In this document: in pieces, positions 20,002 through 32,923 of the stretch
Numbering within the stretch: position 1 is the stretch's first letter
How the letters are laid out: each line of letters begins with the position of its first letter
Notes under the pieces: generated by a model
Told to the model about the DNA's origin: nothing
What the model saw: only the letters and a program-made list of their open reading frames with translations
Databases searched by the model: none
Source of the DNA: Massalongia carnosa
Lineage: Eukaryota
DNA: 64,000 bases
Assembly: GCA_965645245.1 (NCBI GenBank)
Contig: OZ287074.1
Span: forward strand, 1,178,001-1,242,000
Reading direction: 5' to 3'
Position numbers and translations under genes: made by a program

Positions 20002-22499
20002 TTAGTCCTCGCTCAAAACGCCCAATCCCGCCGGTCCCCTCCCGTTCCGGACCGGACTGACCCTTCTCGACCTCCTCCCCCCGCCCTCTCCTCCTCCTCC
20101 ACCGCCTCCCATCCCCACAAGCCGCTCTCGACTCTCCGTCCTCCCCACCAGCCCGCTCCGTCCCAGGATCCCCAACCCCACGCCGCCCGCCACGGAGTTG
20201 CTGCTGTCGAAGTAATCGCCCGCGCCCATCACCCCAATCGCCCCTCCACCGCCACCACCACCGTTGCCTCCCACGATTCTCGGCGTCGCCCACCCGGAGG
20301 ATTTCCCCGTCCAGGATCCCGCCGAGTCATCCGAATACTCGTTGTCCGCCGCGCCCCCGTCACTGCTCCCCATGTCCGCATCTACGTCCGCCAACCCCCC
20401 CAGCTCCAACCGATCCGCCGCGCCCCCATCTTCAAGCACGCGCCCATAAGCGCCCGAGGAAGCCCCGGTCGCCGAGCGGAAAAAGGCGGGAACCGTCCGA
20501 AGAGAGGAGGAGGAGAAGAAGCGGGTGCGTTTTCGGAGACGAGGGTGGAGTTGCGGGCGGGAGGAAGGGCCGCGGCGGTGGAAGAGCCGGCGGTAGAGGG
20601 ATTTCCGGCGGTCGCGGCCGCAGAGGAGGAAAGTCGCTAGACAGAGGATGAGGAGGAAAAGAAGGATTCCCGGGATACGGCGGGGGGTATGGCCCAAGAA
20701 GAGGGTGTCGTGCCAGGTTTCGGTGTCCGCCGGGTTGACCGAGGCGTCGGGGCTGTGAGGGGAGGTGGAGGTGGAGTTCTTCAGAGGTGTGACGGTTTTG
20801 GGTGGGGATGATATGGTGGAGGAGGAGCCGGCGTGTTGGAAATCAGATGGGTTGCCATGGAGAGTGTTGGAGCCGAAACCTACGGGGGATGGATCGATGG
20901 CGGGGGAGATTTGGCTGGAGGCGTAGAGCACCATTTTACCGAGGGTCCAGCTCACTTCCGTGTCGGCGATTTTGTTGACCGCTTGAAAGGAGTCGGTAAA
21001 GCCCTTTTCCTTGGCGTTTTGGAGAAGCTCCTTCGTGCCGTTGCGGCCATCGTGGGTATTTTCTAGGCCGACACGGGGGATTCCGATCCCTTCGTGGAGA
21101 ATGTTGATGAGCCAGCTGGCTTTAAAGCAGACCTCTACCGCGGTTTGTTTGTCGACTTTCTTGCCCCACTCCTGGTTCTCAACTCCTCTCTGGATGCTTT
21201 CCCAATCCATGCTGCAGAATTCACTAACGCGCTGTTGGTAGGTGTTCAGGTCGTAAGCCTTGTCTTTGTGGCCCTTTTCGAACACCTCGTGGGTCGAGTG
21301 CCAATACTCGCTGACTCCGACAAAATGATTGACGTCGAAATCGATGGCGGGAACATGAACACCGTTCAGAAGGCACGGCTCGTCTTTACAAGCGGCATCC
21401 TTTTCCAGAAGCGGGTATGTTCGATTCAGGCATTGGTCAAAGTGCCCACTACCGATCAGGTACGGACTCTTTCCAGATACCGTCTTGGGGCCTGGAAGGA
21501 ACACATCACCTTTCGTGGTGATGCGCAAGCCCGCTGGCAGGCATGGGTCTTCAAGTTCCTTGGGATTGACTTTGTGGCTGGCTTTCAATAGTGAATCCAC
21601 GTAGCGTCTCCTTGCTTCGTTGACTCCAAACCCAAGCCACGATGTCACAAACACTTTGAACTCGGCGGCCACGCCGTTCAAGGTTCTCATCCTTAACAAC
21701 TTCAAATCCTCCGCATGGCGTACCGATTCCGTCTTGTTGGGGGCAAAGGCAATCTGTGCCGACGCGCCTCCCATGTCAAGAAAACCATAAGTGTGATGGT
21801 CCTTTCCATGAGCATGCAGGTTTGGAGCGTCAAAGCCCCCCAAAAGATAGTTGACTGCAATCCAACCGTAAAGGCCCTCCGTATCGCCTGGCAGCACCTG
21901 GATATGCATATCGCAATCGGGAATTTGGAACTTGGTTTCTGACCGAGCGTATGAACATATTTCCGCCAAGAGCACCTTGCGCTGGGTTTCGGGGAGCAAC
22001 CGCATGCCGGCCGTGGCCAGCAGAAATAACGGGGTATCAGCAATGGCATGCCGGGGAATCATATCCAACGCATGCTGCAGCAGCTCCTTTAAATGCCCTG
22101 GACCTACACGATCGGGGGTCTCTCCAAATGTCGACACACCTACAGTTCATGGTTAGTGGGGGAGGGATAGAATGGCCAAAAAGGTAGTTGGCGCATCTAC
22201 GCACCTGGATGTATCTTTTTGGCCCATTTTTTCTCCGACTTCAGAACCGGCAACGATTGAAGTTTGGCCTCGTCGGCCTCTGCACGCGCGGTTGCAACGT
22301 CAAGCCATTTGTAGATATGCAATCGAGTTCCCTGCCCATCTCGGTCAGTCTGGTTACGTCGGACGTGGCAGAAAGCCGTGAGGTGGAGAAACCGACCGAC
22401 GAGCCTGCATCCAATATAACCCCATACCGCCCTGAGAACCAAGTCTTGTCAAGATCTGTGCCCCTACCACGTTCGGGCTGAGTACATACACGCTGCCAT
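20002..22499 (-). CDS. YND1: Golgi apyrase / nucleoside diphosphatase (GDA1/CD39 family, Ynd1 type); three 5' introns
   Basis: Spliced start MAAWRYGVILDAGSSGTRLHIYKW (ACR1), LLATAGMRLL, EGLYGWIAVNYLLG, FLDMGGASAQIAF, SWTLG, followed by a C-terminal TM helix and cytosolic tail. Confidence 0.92.
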
Positions 22500-22810
22500 T
22501 GGACCCATTCACCTCCGACGCATATTCTCTATACTTCTTCGAGGTCGTTGACACGTTGCTTGGCGCACCGATGAGGTTTGAAATCAGCATGTAAAACGAT
22601 AGGAGCGAGTGACGAGAAGAGAACTTGAGGGGCGCTGAACGAGGGTGAAGATGGACGATGGAGATAGACAGGTAAATGGAGCAGGGGCATCGATAAGAGT
22701 ATGTACGGGGATAGTTACGTGTAATTTACTGATACTTTACTCGTATAAGTCTATATTTAACCGACATCAGCCACATATCAGGGGAGATGACCGCAAGGGG
22801 TACCCTTGTA

Positions 22811-24593
22811 CAGTCAGATCGGGTTATAAGAAACTCCAAAATCGTAGCATCTAGGTTTCTTATTAGGCGAGGTTTCTAATATCAAAATTCTTGGCATATT
22901 TTTAAGACTATACCTATCGACTATCTAATGACAAAGAAATCCGTCATTACAGCTTGCCTAGAGCTTATCGCCATTGAGGTCTTGATATCCCACTCTTTAC
23001 GATTCAGACGACGTATCAAATCATCGTCACCGACCTCTCGTTGCTCCTCATAACCGTAACGTTTTAAGAGCTCGTAGAGCGTCCTTGTTTTGGACACGTG
23101 ATACAATGACCTCCTCCTCCTCCGTCTCGTATTCCCTTTCATGGCCATCATATATAGCAACGATGTGATCCTCCAAATCCTCTTCGGTATCCTCTACCAC
23201 CTCTTCAACAGGGTTCAGAAATTCGCCAATACGCATGGCACTTTGTATATGACCACGGTCTTCCAAACGCCGTATTGTAGCTTGCATCTGTAGTCGTTGC
23301 TCCGTTTCTTGCTCTTGCGCCCGAGTCTCATTGAGATAGCCATATTTCTCTGCCTCTTCTCGAGTCATTGGCCCATATTTGCCCCGATTAAACGAGATTT
23401 CAGTCAACCTTACGACTTACGTTGTCATTAAACCAGCGTAAATACTCCCGAAATATATCGCCCGACATCCAAGCTCTGCTGTTACTGCGTCATATCATAT
23501 GCAGGTTACAAGCGTGAACATCCTGTGAACCAAAAGCACGCGGATTTTTGGCCGTCCCAATGAATCATATGAGAAGCTTGTGAGTTCCAGTAGCATTGCA
23601 ACAGAAATTTGCAGTAATTCTCGCTTTTTCCACCTTGCCGCCTGGGAGCTGTTCCGTAGCCAATGTAGTACTGGTTGTAGCCTTCCAAAATAACGCAGTT
23701 TCATCCACGTTGTAGATATCTTCCTGATCGTATGATAATAGCTGTACCCGTATTACCTTTTTTCTGCTTCTCTCTCTGAGAGAAAGCGGGGATGTAGGAC
23801 GTTTTCGAGGATTTCGAGATGGAGTCTCCGGATTTTGACTATTATATCTCAAAGAAGTCGAAGGAGAAGTCATATTTACTATAAGAACGGGTTTCTTACT
23901 AGCCGAGGTTTCTTAATCAGCAGTTTCTTATAACCCGATCTGACTTGCCTCAGTACCTCAGACGTGCCCAGCTAAGCCCCTTCGGGTTAGCCTTACAGAA
24001 CGTTAAGCCCCTTCGTGTTAACAGGCTGACTCCGCAGCACATCTGTAGCAACGTATCAGACGTGAGTGGGGCTCTAGGAGCCGTCTAAGCCCTCCGGGTT
24101 AGCCTATTTCGCTAAGCTCCTTAGGATTAGCGTCCCAGCTGACTAAAGTGGCTGCGATAGAGCGTAAAACTAAATATTACGGTCAGATATACGTTATAAA
24201 CATAAATAAAGACAGAAATTTATAGCGAAAAAATCAAAAATACATTGATCATGATCATATCAAGTCGACGACGACGTTACAAACATGAAAACAATGAAGT
24301 TGTGACGTTGTTCTATGAGGTCGGAATCGTTCTTGTCATGATCGTTAAGTCATATCTGACCGTAATCTTGAGTTTTGGGCTCAGACTTGCTTGCTACAGA
24401 TGTGCTGCGTAGTCAGCCTGTTAACCCGAAGGGGCTTAACGTTCTGTAAGGCTAACCCGAAGGGGCGTAGCCGGGCACGTCTGAGGTAGTGCTATCGCAG
24501 TCAGCTGGGACGCTAATCCGAAGGAGCTTAGCGAAATAGGCTAAACCGGAGGGGCTTAGACGGCTCCTAGAGCTCTGAGGTACTGAGGCAAGG
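22811..24593 (-). mobile_element. Internally deleted pogo/Tigger-like (CENP-B-type) DNA transposon relic; one TIR split by an insertion at 23946-24592
   Basis: TA|CAGTCAGATCGGGTTATAAGAAACT at 22811; inverted AGTTTCTTATAACCCGATCTGACT ending at 23945 with the last G and TA at 24593-24595. Minus-strand fragments EDIYNVDETALFWK, KARITANFCCNATGTHKL, FIGTAKNPRAFG. Confidence 0.85.
23946..24592. mobile_element. Unclassified hairpin-armed element, copy B, containing an inverted copy of itself (~24053-24488)
   Basis: Same termini as 8485-12679. The internal segment is the reverse complement of the right arm, a shortened core and the left arm of copy A. Confidence 0.88.
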
Positions 24594-25705
24594 TACTCTG
24601 GCAATTTAAGTACTTACTTAGTTAAGGCGAGTTTGCCACCATCCTCCCTCCAGCCACACAGCAGCCACAAAGATACGCAAGATACACAAGCGCATTTCTC
24701 CGCCACCGTGTGCGGGTGTCTCCAGAATGGCTCTGCGCCTCAGCCTTGTCGGACCGGTATCGAGTACAGAGTAGTCGTCGATGAGTCGGGCAGGGTACTT
24801 TTGTCGCTCACGACGAGCCATGTACCTCCAAGGTATGAGGGGCTTCATCGCACAGCATTACGGATCCAAAAGACCAGTTGTAGGGTGCAACCACATCGGT
24901 CGCTATGTTCACTACCGAAAATCGAGCTTGAATAGATTTATACAGCTTCGTGACTTGCACAAGCGAGTGCTGAACGAAGAAAAACTTTGGGAGGGAAGCG
25001 AGATACAATCGGATCGGGGAAAAATGGAATGTGTCGGAAACAGGTTGCGCGTTTTTATGTGCAAAAGTGAGGGGACTAGGAAATCTCCCTTGAACGATCA
25101 AATCCCCTCCATCCCGCTTTGTGCCACCCCCCCATCCAAGCCATCATTCCGTTTCCTCCCCCATACAAAGAAAAATATGCAAACCAAAGCCGAGTCGACT
25201 CCTTTCTGCCCATATCGATCGGAATGGTATACCAAGCGAGAAACGCGCGTGCCCGCCCTCTTGAACCTTTGAAAGATGCCTACCAAAAAAAACCAAATTT
25301 CGACGCGCTGTCTTGACGATGTTTTCTTCCTTTTTCTCATGCTATCCGGGATCAAATCTCCAACCGAAACCATGCCGGAAAATCAACAACACCGCAAAAA
25401 ATCACTGATGTATGTACCTCGAAATCGTAGCTTTCCGCCAAAAGCATTTTCACATGTCACATCGAGAACCGAGTCCGAGAAGCACCGTATTTGAAAACAG
25501 GGTATTCGACGAATGAACGATGCCGTCTCCCAGAAACGGCAAGGCTCCAGGTGGGAAATTAAGCGGTCCATGCAAAACAGGGTATCGAGGCGAAAAGGTA
25601 TCCCAGGTCGTCGTAGATCGGTGCTCACGCCCGCCGTCCACCTATGATAAGGCAAAAAAACCGTTGTCAAACGAAGAGAACGTAATCCGCCAGTCCACGA
25701 GTGTG

Positions 25706-26398
25706 CTAGCAGCGCTGCGCATACGCTCGGTGATGCATCATGGCAGGTGATATCGATGGCGGCGGGCTCGCAAGGCTCTTCCCCGTGCTCGGGTTGACTA
25801 TAGGGATCGCATTCCGAGGACGTAAGGCTGAGGGTTGGAGGATCTTCATTGGGTGATGATGATGGTGATGGTTCGACTGAAAATTGTTGGCGTTGTATGA
25901 ATGAGTGGACGCAGAAGATAAGGAAAACGTGGGCGTGACTTGTTGCGTAGGTTGAATCTGTTGTTGAAGGGGCGACGACTGAGGTGAACCGCTTGACAAG
26001 GAACCATCGGACGATGATGAGTGAATTGACTGGAACTACACGGCCGTTGCAACATCAGCATGCGCGTACACACACTCGATCTCGAGTTTTCTTGAGGCGT
26101 GTCAAGGACTCAAGTCATCGGCTAGCCTTACATCGTCTTCGGTCAACAAACCGGGGCAAAACTCCAAGTCATCATCCAAATCAAACGACCTCCCAGCCTC
26201 GAATCGTGCGCGAAAGGCCGACACCGGTGGGGCTTCTGTGAGTTCCTTCATGTTTCTCACGCCACGGAATGGCCGATGAGAGTTTTGCGACGACAAGCGG
26301 GGAGCTCTTCGCGATCGGCCGCCATGATGGCCGTGCGACGACGATGACGAAGACGACGGCGGCTGGTGATGCTGAGGACCATAGTAATAGCCTGACAT
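25706..26398 (-). CDS. Small conserved fungal hypothetical protein; intron ~26131-26036
   Basis: MSGYYYG...RSRRAPRL...FRGVRNMKEL...FRARFEAGRSFDLDDDLEFCPGLLTEDD splices in frame to a Ser-rich exon ending RNAIPIVNPSTG..SPPPSISPAMM; canonical GTAAGG..TAG intron. Confidence 0.8.
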
Positions 26399-28050
26399 GA
26401 TGGTGTTTGCGAGCCTTGAAAGCGATGCGTTGATTGATGGAGGGAGCTCCAGAGCTAAAGGGGGGGGTGGGGGGGGTCTGTGCGGAGATATGATTTGACG
26501 ATTGCGGCCAGAGTGTCCAAACAAACAAAGGCTGTAGCGGCTTGCGTCACGGGGTGGGAGGGGGAAAAGAAGTGTGATTGAATGAAGGAGAAAGGAAGTA
26601 AAGATGTTGACCGTTTAGATTGTTGACTTTTTGGAAATGCGCGAGTCGAAGAGGAATTTACAGAATGGTATATATTAAAGCGTCCATCGAGGGGTGTTTG
26701 GGGGGGTTGGTGGGAAGGTGTAAAGAAGGTGAAGAGGTTTTTAGATTTTGAAAGATGGCGGGGGGGAAAAGACAATTTGGGGATTCTGGGGGGTCTTTCC
26801 GGGTGCCTTATTGGCTTTTTGGTTTGGAAAATCCACAACCAGCACGATTAGCGCCAGCTCAAAACGGTCTAGACGACATGTCACAGGCCAAATAGATCTC
26901 CACTTTTTTTACCTACCCTCTTCGCGTGATTGGTCGATATTTGGCCTCAAGGTTCGCCTCTAAGCCGCATGCGGTAGTGATCGTCGGTTTCGTCTGACGA
27001 GCTAGCAGCTAACGAGCCAGTCGTTTTGCAGCGTTTTGGTGCAGCGTGCAGCGGATTGAGAACGCCATCGAGCTCTTCTTCTTGGTTGGACTCGTCGAAA
27101 TACTAAATAAGTAAAAGCCTCTTCCAACACACCCCTCCCCTTCCCCACCCCCATCTCGACGCTATCAACTGACGCGCGCGCATCCAAAATAGACTCTTGT
27201 CCGTGGTTTCATCCCATTTCGACATCATGAGGATATCAGCTGGTTATCTCGGCGTTCCTTCCTCGGCATGTACGTACATCGGGATTGCCATGGAACCCAG
27301 TTCAGGGACGGAATGCTCAGTACCTTTTGCGTCCTGTCAGGCACGCCTGTGAAGCACTTCCGTCAGGCATTCGCAGCCGGTAGGATCCGCTGTACTCTGT
27401 AGTGACGAGCAGCATGTACGATGGATGTACTCCGTACCGCGCACTCCGTACCGAACTCGCTCTGTATGATGATCCAAGTAAAGAAACTCTCTCCCCCATT
27501 CACCAGAAATCTGCACTCGGTGCATTCCTTTCCTTCTAGCCGTCCCCCTTCCCCCCTTCCTCCCCATCGTCCAATCAGCGAATCGATGAATCCCGCGTTT
27601 TCTTGCCGATGGGAAGGAATGGGAAGGACTTACCGAGAGACAGCCTACACACTAATCCCACATGCGTACTAGCGGCGAGGGGTGACCGTGCAGCTCCCTG
27701 CGGCATTGCTCTGGTCTGGTCTTGACCCGGTTGGGTTTAACTTAGGGGGAGAACAAGGAAAGAACGGGGGCGAATTAGGGGACCTCGAGAGTCTTTCACC
27801 GCCTCGGCCAACGGAAAACGATGGCGTTCGAGAGAAACGTGAGAAAGAACCATGGACGCTAATGATCGGCGGGAAGGGCTGGAGCCTTACGCACATTGGG
27901 TGCACTCGTTTATCCGCTTGGGTACAAGGGGACTTCACTCGTGGTATCTGTGCGATTGTTATAAAACTCCGTAGCTACCATGTTCTCCTGGACCAACTGG
28001 CTCGAAAAAAGCAAATGCATGTCCCAGCGTCGAGGTTTCCCGTCAAGCCA

Positions 28051-30928
28051 TCACCGTCGCCGATCTTGCAACTCCACCCCGGCATCGTCGTCCTCCGTGC
28101 CCTCCAAGATGTCGTGTTGCGCAGACGCCCGGATGGGAGCGAGATGATCCCGCGGGTCCATCGTGTCGGATTCAAGAAACGCGGAGCCCCGCCCGCCCCC
28201 CAGCTTCACCCGCCCGCCGCTGATGCTCAGGACGGTGTCCGCCAGCCAGTCGGCGGCCACGTTGATCATCCCCCACAGCCGCTCCTGCCGCTCGTCCTGT
28301 GCCGACTCGTCGCGCGCGGACTCGTGGGCTTCGACTTTGAATTGGTACTTCAGGCAGTCCTTGACCGTAACCAGACCCGCCAGGCGACCTCGATAGTCGA
28401 TCAATATCACCCGCGGTCCCATCTTCTTGAAAAGCTCCATGACCGTCTCGAGCGGGAGCCGCGGGTGAACGGCGAGCGGAGTGGGGTCGATGAACCGGCT
28501 CAAATCGATCCTCTGCTGGCCCGAAGACGATTCGATGGCATCAAAGGTAACGGGCGGGGCAGCCGATAATAGCGTCGGAACCGCGGTATTCGAGGATTGC
28601 GCGAACGAGCATTTAGCGTTCGATGATATAGGGCCGTTCTTTTTCGCACGGGTGATGGCATAGAGCAGTTCAGTACGACCGATGTACCCGACAAGGATCT
28701 TGGTGGTGCGATCCTCCACCACCGGAAAGCCCTGATACTTGCTGTGAGAGAGTAAGTTCTCGAGCGCTCGAAAACTTAGCCCGGACGATGGCAACGAGGT
28801 GACCTCCTTGGTCATGACTTGCGATACGGGAACGCCGAAAGCGTGGTCTTCCTTGTTGTCCAAAAACGGAAAGCCACTAAACCAAATCATTCGATCTGCG
28901 ATGCCACCTTTGCCAAAGCGGTCCCCTACAGCTTTGGTGACCCCAACCACAATCTAAATCGAGGCGTCAGTCTCTCAATCCAGTGATAGGAAGGCATCAG
29001 GTACAACCCACCATTGTCGGTAGGATGTACTCCAGAGCCCCAGTCAACTCGAACATGATGACCACGACAGAGACGGTGATATGCATGATACCGCTGAGGG
29101 CTGCTCCGGCACCGAGAAAGGCATAGGTGCCAGGTGTAATACACGGTACGTCGGGCTCACAGGCACGGAAGAACTTCGCATGAGGAAACTTCTCGTGCAG
29201 AGCTTGCACGAGGATTCCGACCATCCGCCCGAAGGAAGCACCGATGGCCATTGAGGGCACAAAGATTCCTGCTGGAACCTTGCAACCGTAGGAGATGATT
29301 ACAAGAAAAGTTCTCATGATAGTAGCAAATGCCAGGGACAATGCCATAGTCCAGCGATGCTCCGCTCTAGAAATGCTTAGCCTGGTTAGTCATTCGAGTA
29401 TGAGGTCTATGACTAACTTGCATAGCCCATCGTAATCATGATCTCCTTCGCATTCGCGAAACAAGATTTCCATGCTCTCCGTCATGTCGATTCGCAGAAA
29501 CATGTTAGGGTAACATAACAAGGCCGTTCCGGCGGCCAGGAGGGTCGCTTCCAAGATGGCATACTTTGAAAGATATCTCTTCCGAAATGCCTGAGCTCGT
29601 AAATTCCATTTCATAACAAAAGCCCCATAAAGCCCCCCAAAAACTCCGAGGAAGACGAAGAAAAGAAGCTCGAAGAAATGCCAGGTTCTATCATACCTGA
29701 CCTCGAACATGACTAGCTGACCGGTTCGAAAAGGATTCATTGCCTAAACCAGCTTTCATTAGCGCAAAGTGAATGGTTTTACCATCTGTATAACTTACCG
29801 CCAAAACCGCAGTTGCAACCAAAGCACAAAAGTAACTCCGCCACATGGTCTTGAGCGGGAAGTATGAAGACATTTCCTGTGGCTGTCAATCTCGTCCTAT
29901 TACGAAAAGGCTAGCGTTGCCCACCTCTAAAGAAAACAGAACGCCACCGATGGGACTCCCAAATGCCACCGCAACACCTGCAGCGGCACAAGCGCTCAGG
30001 ATTTCGCGGGTCTTCGCCGCATTGCGCTTGTACTTGTCGAAGAACCTTGAGATGACGTTTCCTGTGCAGACCGCATAATGTACACTAGGCCCTTCCTTGC
30101 CAACTGATAGACCAGATGCAATGGCAAGAGGCAGGCAGATGGACTTGATAAGTAGGGTCCAAAAGCTCAGGAACCCTTTCATCACGAAACCCGCGATAAT
30201 GCACTTGATTTCAGATATCCCCGAACCAGCTGCATAAGGTGCAAAAGATTTGACTAGACTCGCTGCGGTTAGAGCAAATAGAGTCTTATGTCTTGTTAGC
30301 ATTGTAACTCGAGATGTGATCCCATATACTCACTGAGAAAATGAAGTAAAGAACATAATTTACAAGCCACAAAGAAGTCCACGTATGCCATTCCGGACAG
30401 CCTGTAGCTATAAGTTGTTGAACCCAAACCCGATTGGCAACACGTACCGCTTTCATCCCCCCAACAGCAAAAATTCTCGTTCAAGTAGAACGCCGTGGTG
30501 CAGTAACCACGTTTGGTATCGGACAGCCATTCCGTAACGATGTTGAGAAAGCCTGCGTTCAGCCCGATGGCGGCACCAACCAGCGTGACGACAATCCACG
30601 CTTGCCCAGCATCATATGAGTCCCATAGCTTCCGCTTCCAGCTCACATGCCCATCGCGCTCGAAAGAGCCGGCGTTTTCTTTCCGCCTTGCTCGTCTCCT
30701 CAATTGTTCTCGCGCAGAGTCTTGCACCCAGTCAATGGTCGTAAAATCTTCGTATCTCTTAATTTCCTCAATCTCCTCCGTGACCTCAGTTTCAGTGCTC
30801 CGAACTGCAGCTCCATGGCGCGCCGACTCAGCGGTCGATAAAGCAGATAGCCGTCTTGAAATGGCTCTTTCTGGCAGAGGAGTCCGAGGCGGTGGGTGAG
30901 CAGAGTAAGAGGAGGAGCGAGAGGTCAT
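28051..30928 (-). CDS. CLC voltage-gated chloride channel/antiporter (Gef1-like) with CBS domains; ~6 introns
   Basis: [24 protein letters not shown] (gating Glu), [26 protein letters not shown] and C-terminal CBS motifs. Confidence 0.95.
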
Positions 30929-31293
30929 AACCTTGGGTCATCCTAGGGTTTGCGATGTTGATCGGGTGGGATTCTTGGATAAATATTCTGTATGCGGGTC
31001 TGAAGGTTCAGGCAAACCAGAAGATGGACAGCTAAACATGTAACGCGCTAAATTTAAATACCAGAATGTTACCGACTTTGCAAACGCAAACGCAAGATTC
31101 GTTCACCCAGCTTCTAGAGGGGAACGGGCGAGGCGAAGATGCATGATTAAGTATGGATGCTTTTGGCCATGGAATGAAGAAAAGTCGGCGACTATAAGGA
31201 GAACGTGAGGAACTACGCTGTGACGACCGTCCTCACCCGCCTGTTATCACAAGCCGGCTGATGACGAAGAGCTAGGACCCTCAGTTGCCAACA

Positions 31294-32571
31294 ATGCCTA
31301 TCCCTTTGCTAGCAGATGTAATTTTCGAAGGCATACACACAATCCCGTTCGCGATCCCAATACTAAAGACTCTGCCATGGCTTATCCTCGTGGCCCTGCT
31401 CAAAATTTACTTCGGCGGAGCAAGCAACACCTCGGAGCGAGTGATGCACTCCAAAGTGATCATGATAACGGTACCTCAACCTCCAATCTACCTTTACCCC
31501 ATATTTGAGTTGCGAAATGCTAAGTCTCGCTAGGGTGGCACATCAGGTATCGGCGCCGCAGTGACCGAATCCCTCGCCTCGCGCGGCGCCCAGATGATCT
31601 TGCTCACGCACCACTCCCCCTCGGATCCCTTTCTAGTCGAATACATCGAAGACCTGCGCGCCAGCACGAAGAACGATCTTATCTACGCCGAGCAAGTCGA
31701 CCTCTCCTCCCTACACTCTATCCGCCTCTTCGCCACAAAATGGGTTGACAACGCGCCCCCCCGCCGTCTCGACATGATCATCCTCTGCGCCGCCACTATG
31801 ACCCCGCGGTTCGGTATCGCGGCAGCCGCCACACACGACAAGCTAGAACCGAACTGGGGCATTAACTTTCTCGCCAACTTCCACCTTCTCAGCATCCTTA
31901 GCCCGGCCATCCGCGCGCAACCACCCCACCGCGACGTCCGGATCATCTTCGGCACCTGCGCCAGCTATTTCGGGGCCGCAGACCTCACCGCCCTCCAAGA
32001 CTCGCGATCCCCTGTGCCGCGCGGCAAGGAATACAGCACGAGCAAACTAGCCGCTATGGTCTTCGCCCAGGCCTTCCAGAAGCACCTCGACGCCTACCAA
32101 CGCCCGGACAAGCAACCCCCCAACGCCCGCGTCATTCTCGTTGACCCGGGCCTCACGCGCACTCCCGGCACGCGCCGTTGGTTGACCATGGGCTCCCTCT
32201 GGGGCCTGCTGCTCTACCTCGGCCTCTGGCCGTTCTGCTGGCTGGTCCTCAAGTCCCCGCGGCAGGGCGCGCAGAGTTTCCTGCGCGCGGCCATGGAAGC
32301 GGAGCTAGGAAGAGGTGCTGGCGGTCGGCTCATCAAGGAATGCAAGGAGATAGGTTTTCTACGGCGCGAGGTCTGGGACGAGGGTGTGGCGGGGGTTCTA
32401 TGGGGGTTTAGCGAGCGGCAGATCGAGGCTTTGGAGAAGGAGGGGGCGGTGAGAAGGGCGTTGAAAAAGAAAGAGGAGGAGATCAGGGTAGTGCAGGGAG
32501 AGGGGACAAGGGCGGAGGGACAGGCGCAGGGGAAAGCGATGGGGTCAAGGCGAGGTCGGAAAGCAGGTTGA
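31294..32571 (+). CDS. Short-chain dehydrogenase/reductase (YNL181W/Pbr1-like); intron 31471-31533
   Basis: N-terminal TM segment, spliced ITGGTSGIG Rossmann motif, VDLSSLHSIRLFATKWVDNAPPRRLDMIIL, YSTSK. Confidence 0.88.
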
Positions 32572-32923
32572 TTGGGCCTTTTGGGGGATGAAGTTTTGCA
32601 TATGCATATACACTCAGTAAAACACGATGAAAACGTTACGCAGATTTACAGGCACAGATTATGATCATCTACGGTTTCCTTTGCGCCTGTACGAGTCCCT
32701 ATGTTTTCAATGTTTGAAGCACAGACCACATACTTCACTCACAAACCACCGTGAGGGCTCAACCGTAGCATGTCTAGGTCCCATATGACTGACTAGATAT
32801 GCACAGGAAAGCGCCTAATATACAGTTTGGATATCCCTATCATCCGTTTATCGGGTTAGGTACAATCCATGCAATCGCTAAAAAAAAAAAAAGTCCGCAG
32901 AGCTAGATTCTAACTTCACGCAT

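Noticed and set aside
23946..24592. Repeated palindromic units resembling a CRISPR array or REP sequences
   Set aside because: Eukaryotic context, units in both orientations, spacers are copies of each other and no cas-like genes. Explained by the arms of the mobile element.
27682..28569. 295-aa plus-strand ORF and similar long antisense ORFs (2170-2784, 16168-16740, 43151-43777)
   Set aside because: Antisense shadows of GC-rich coding regions with no recognisable domains.
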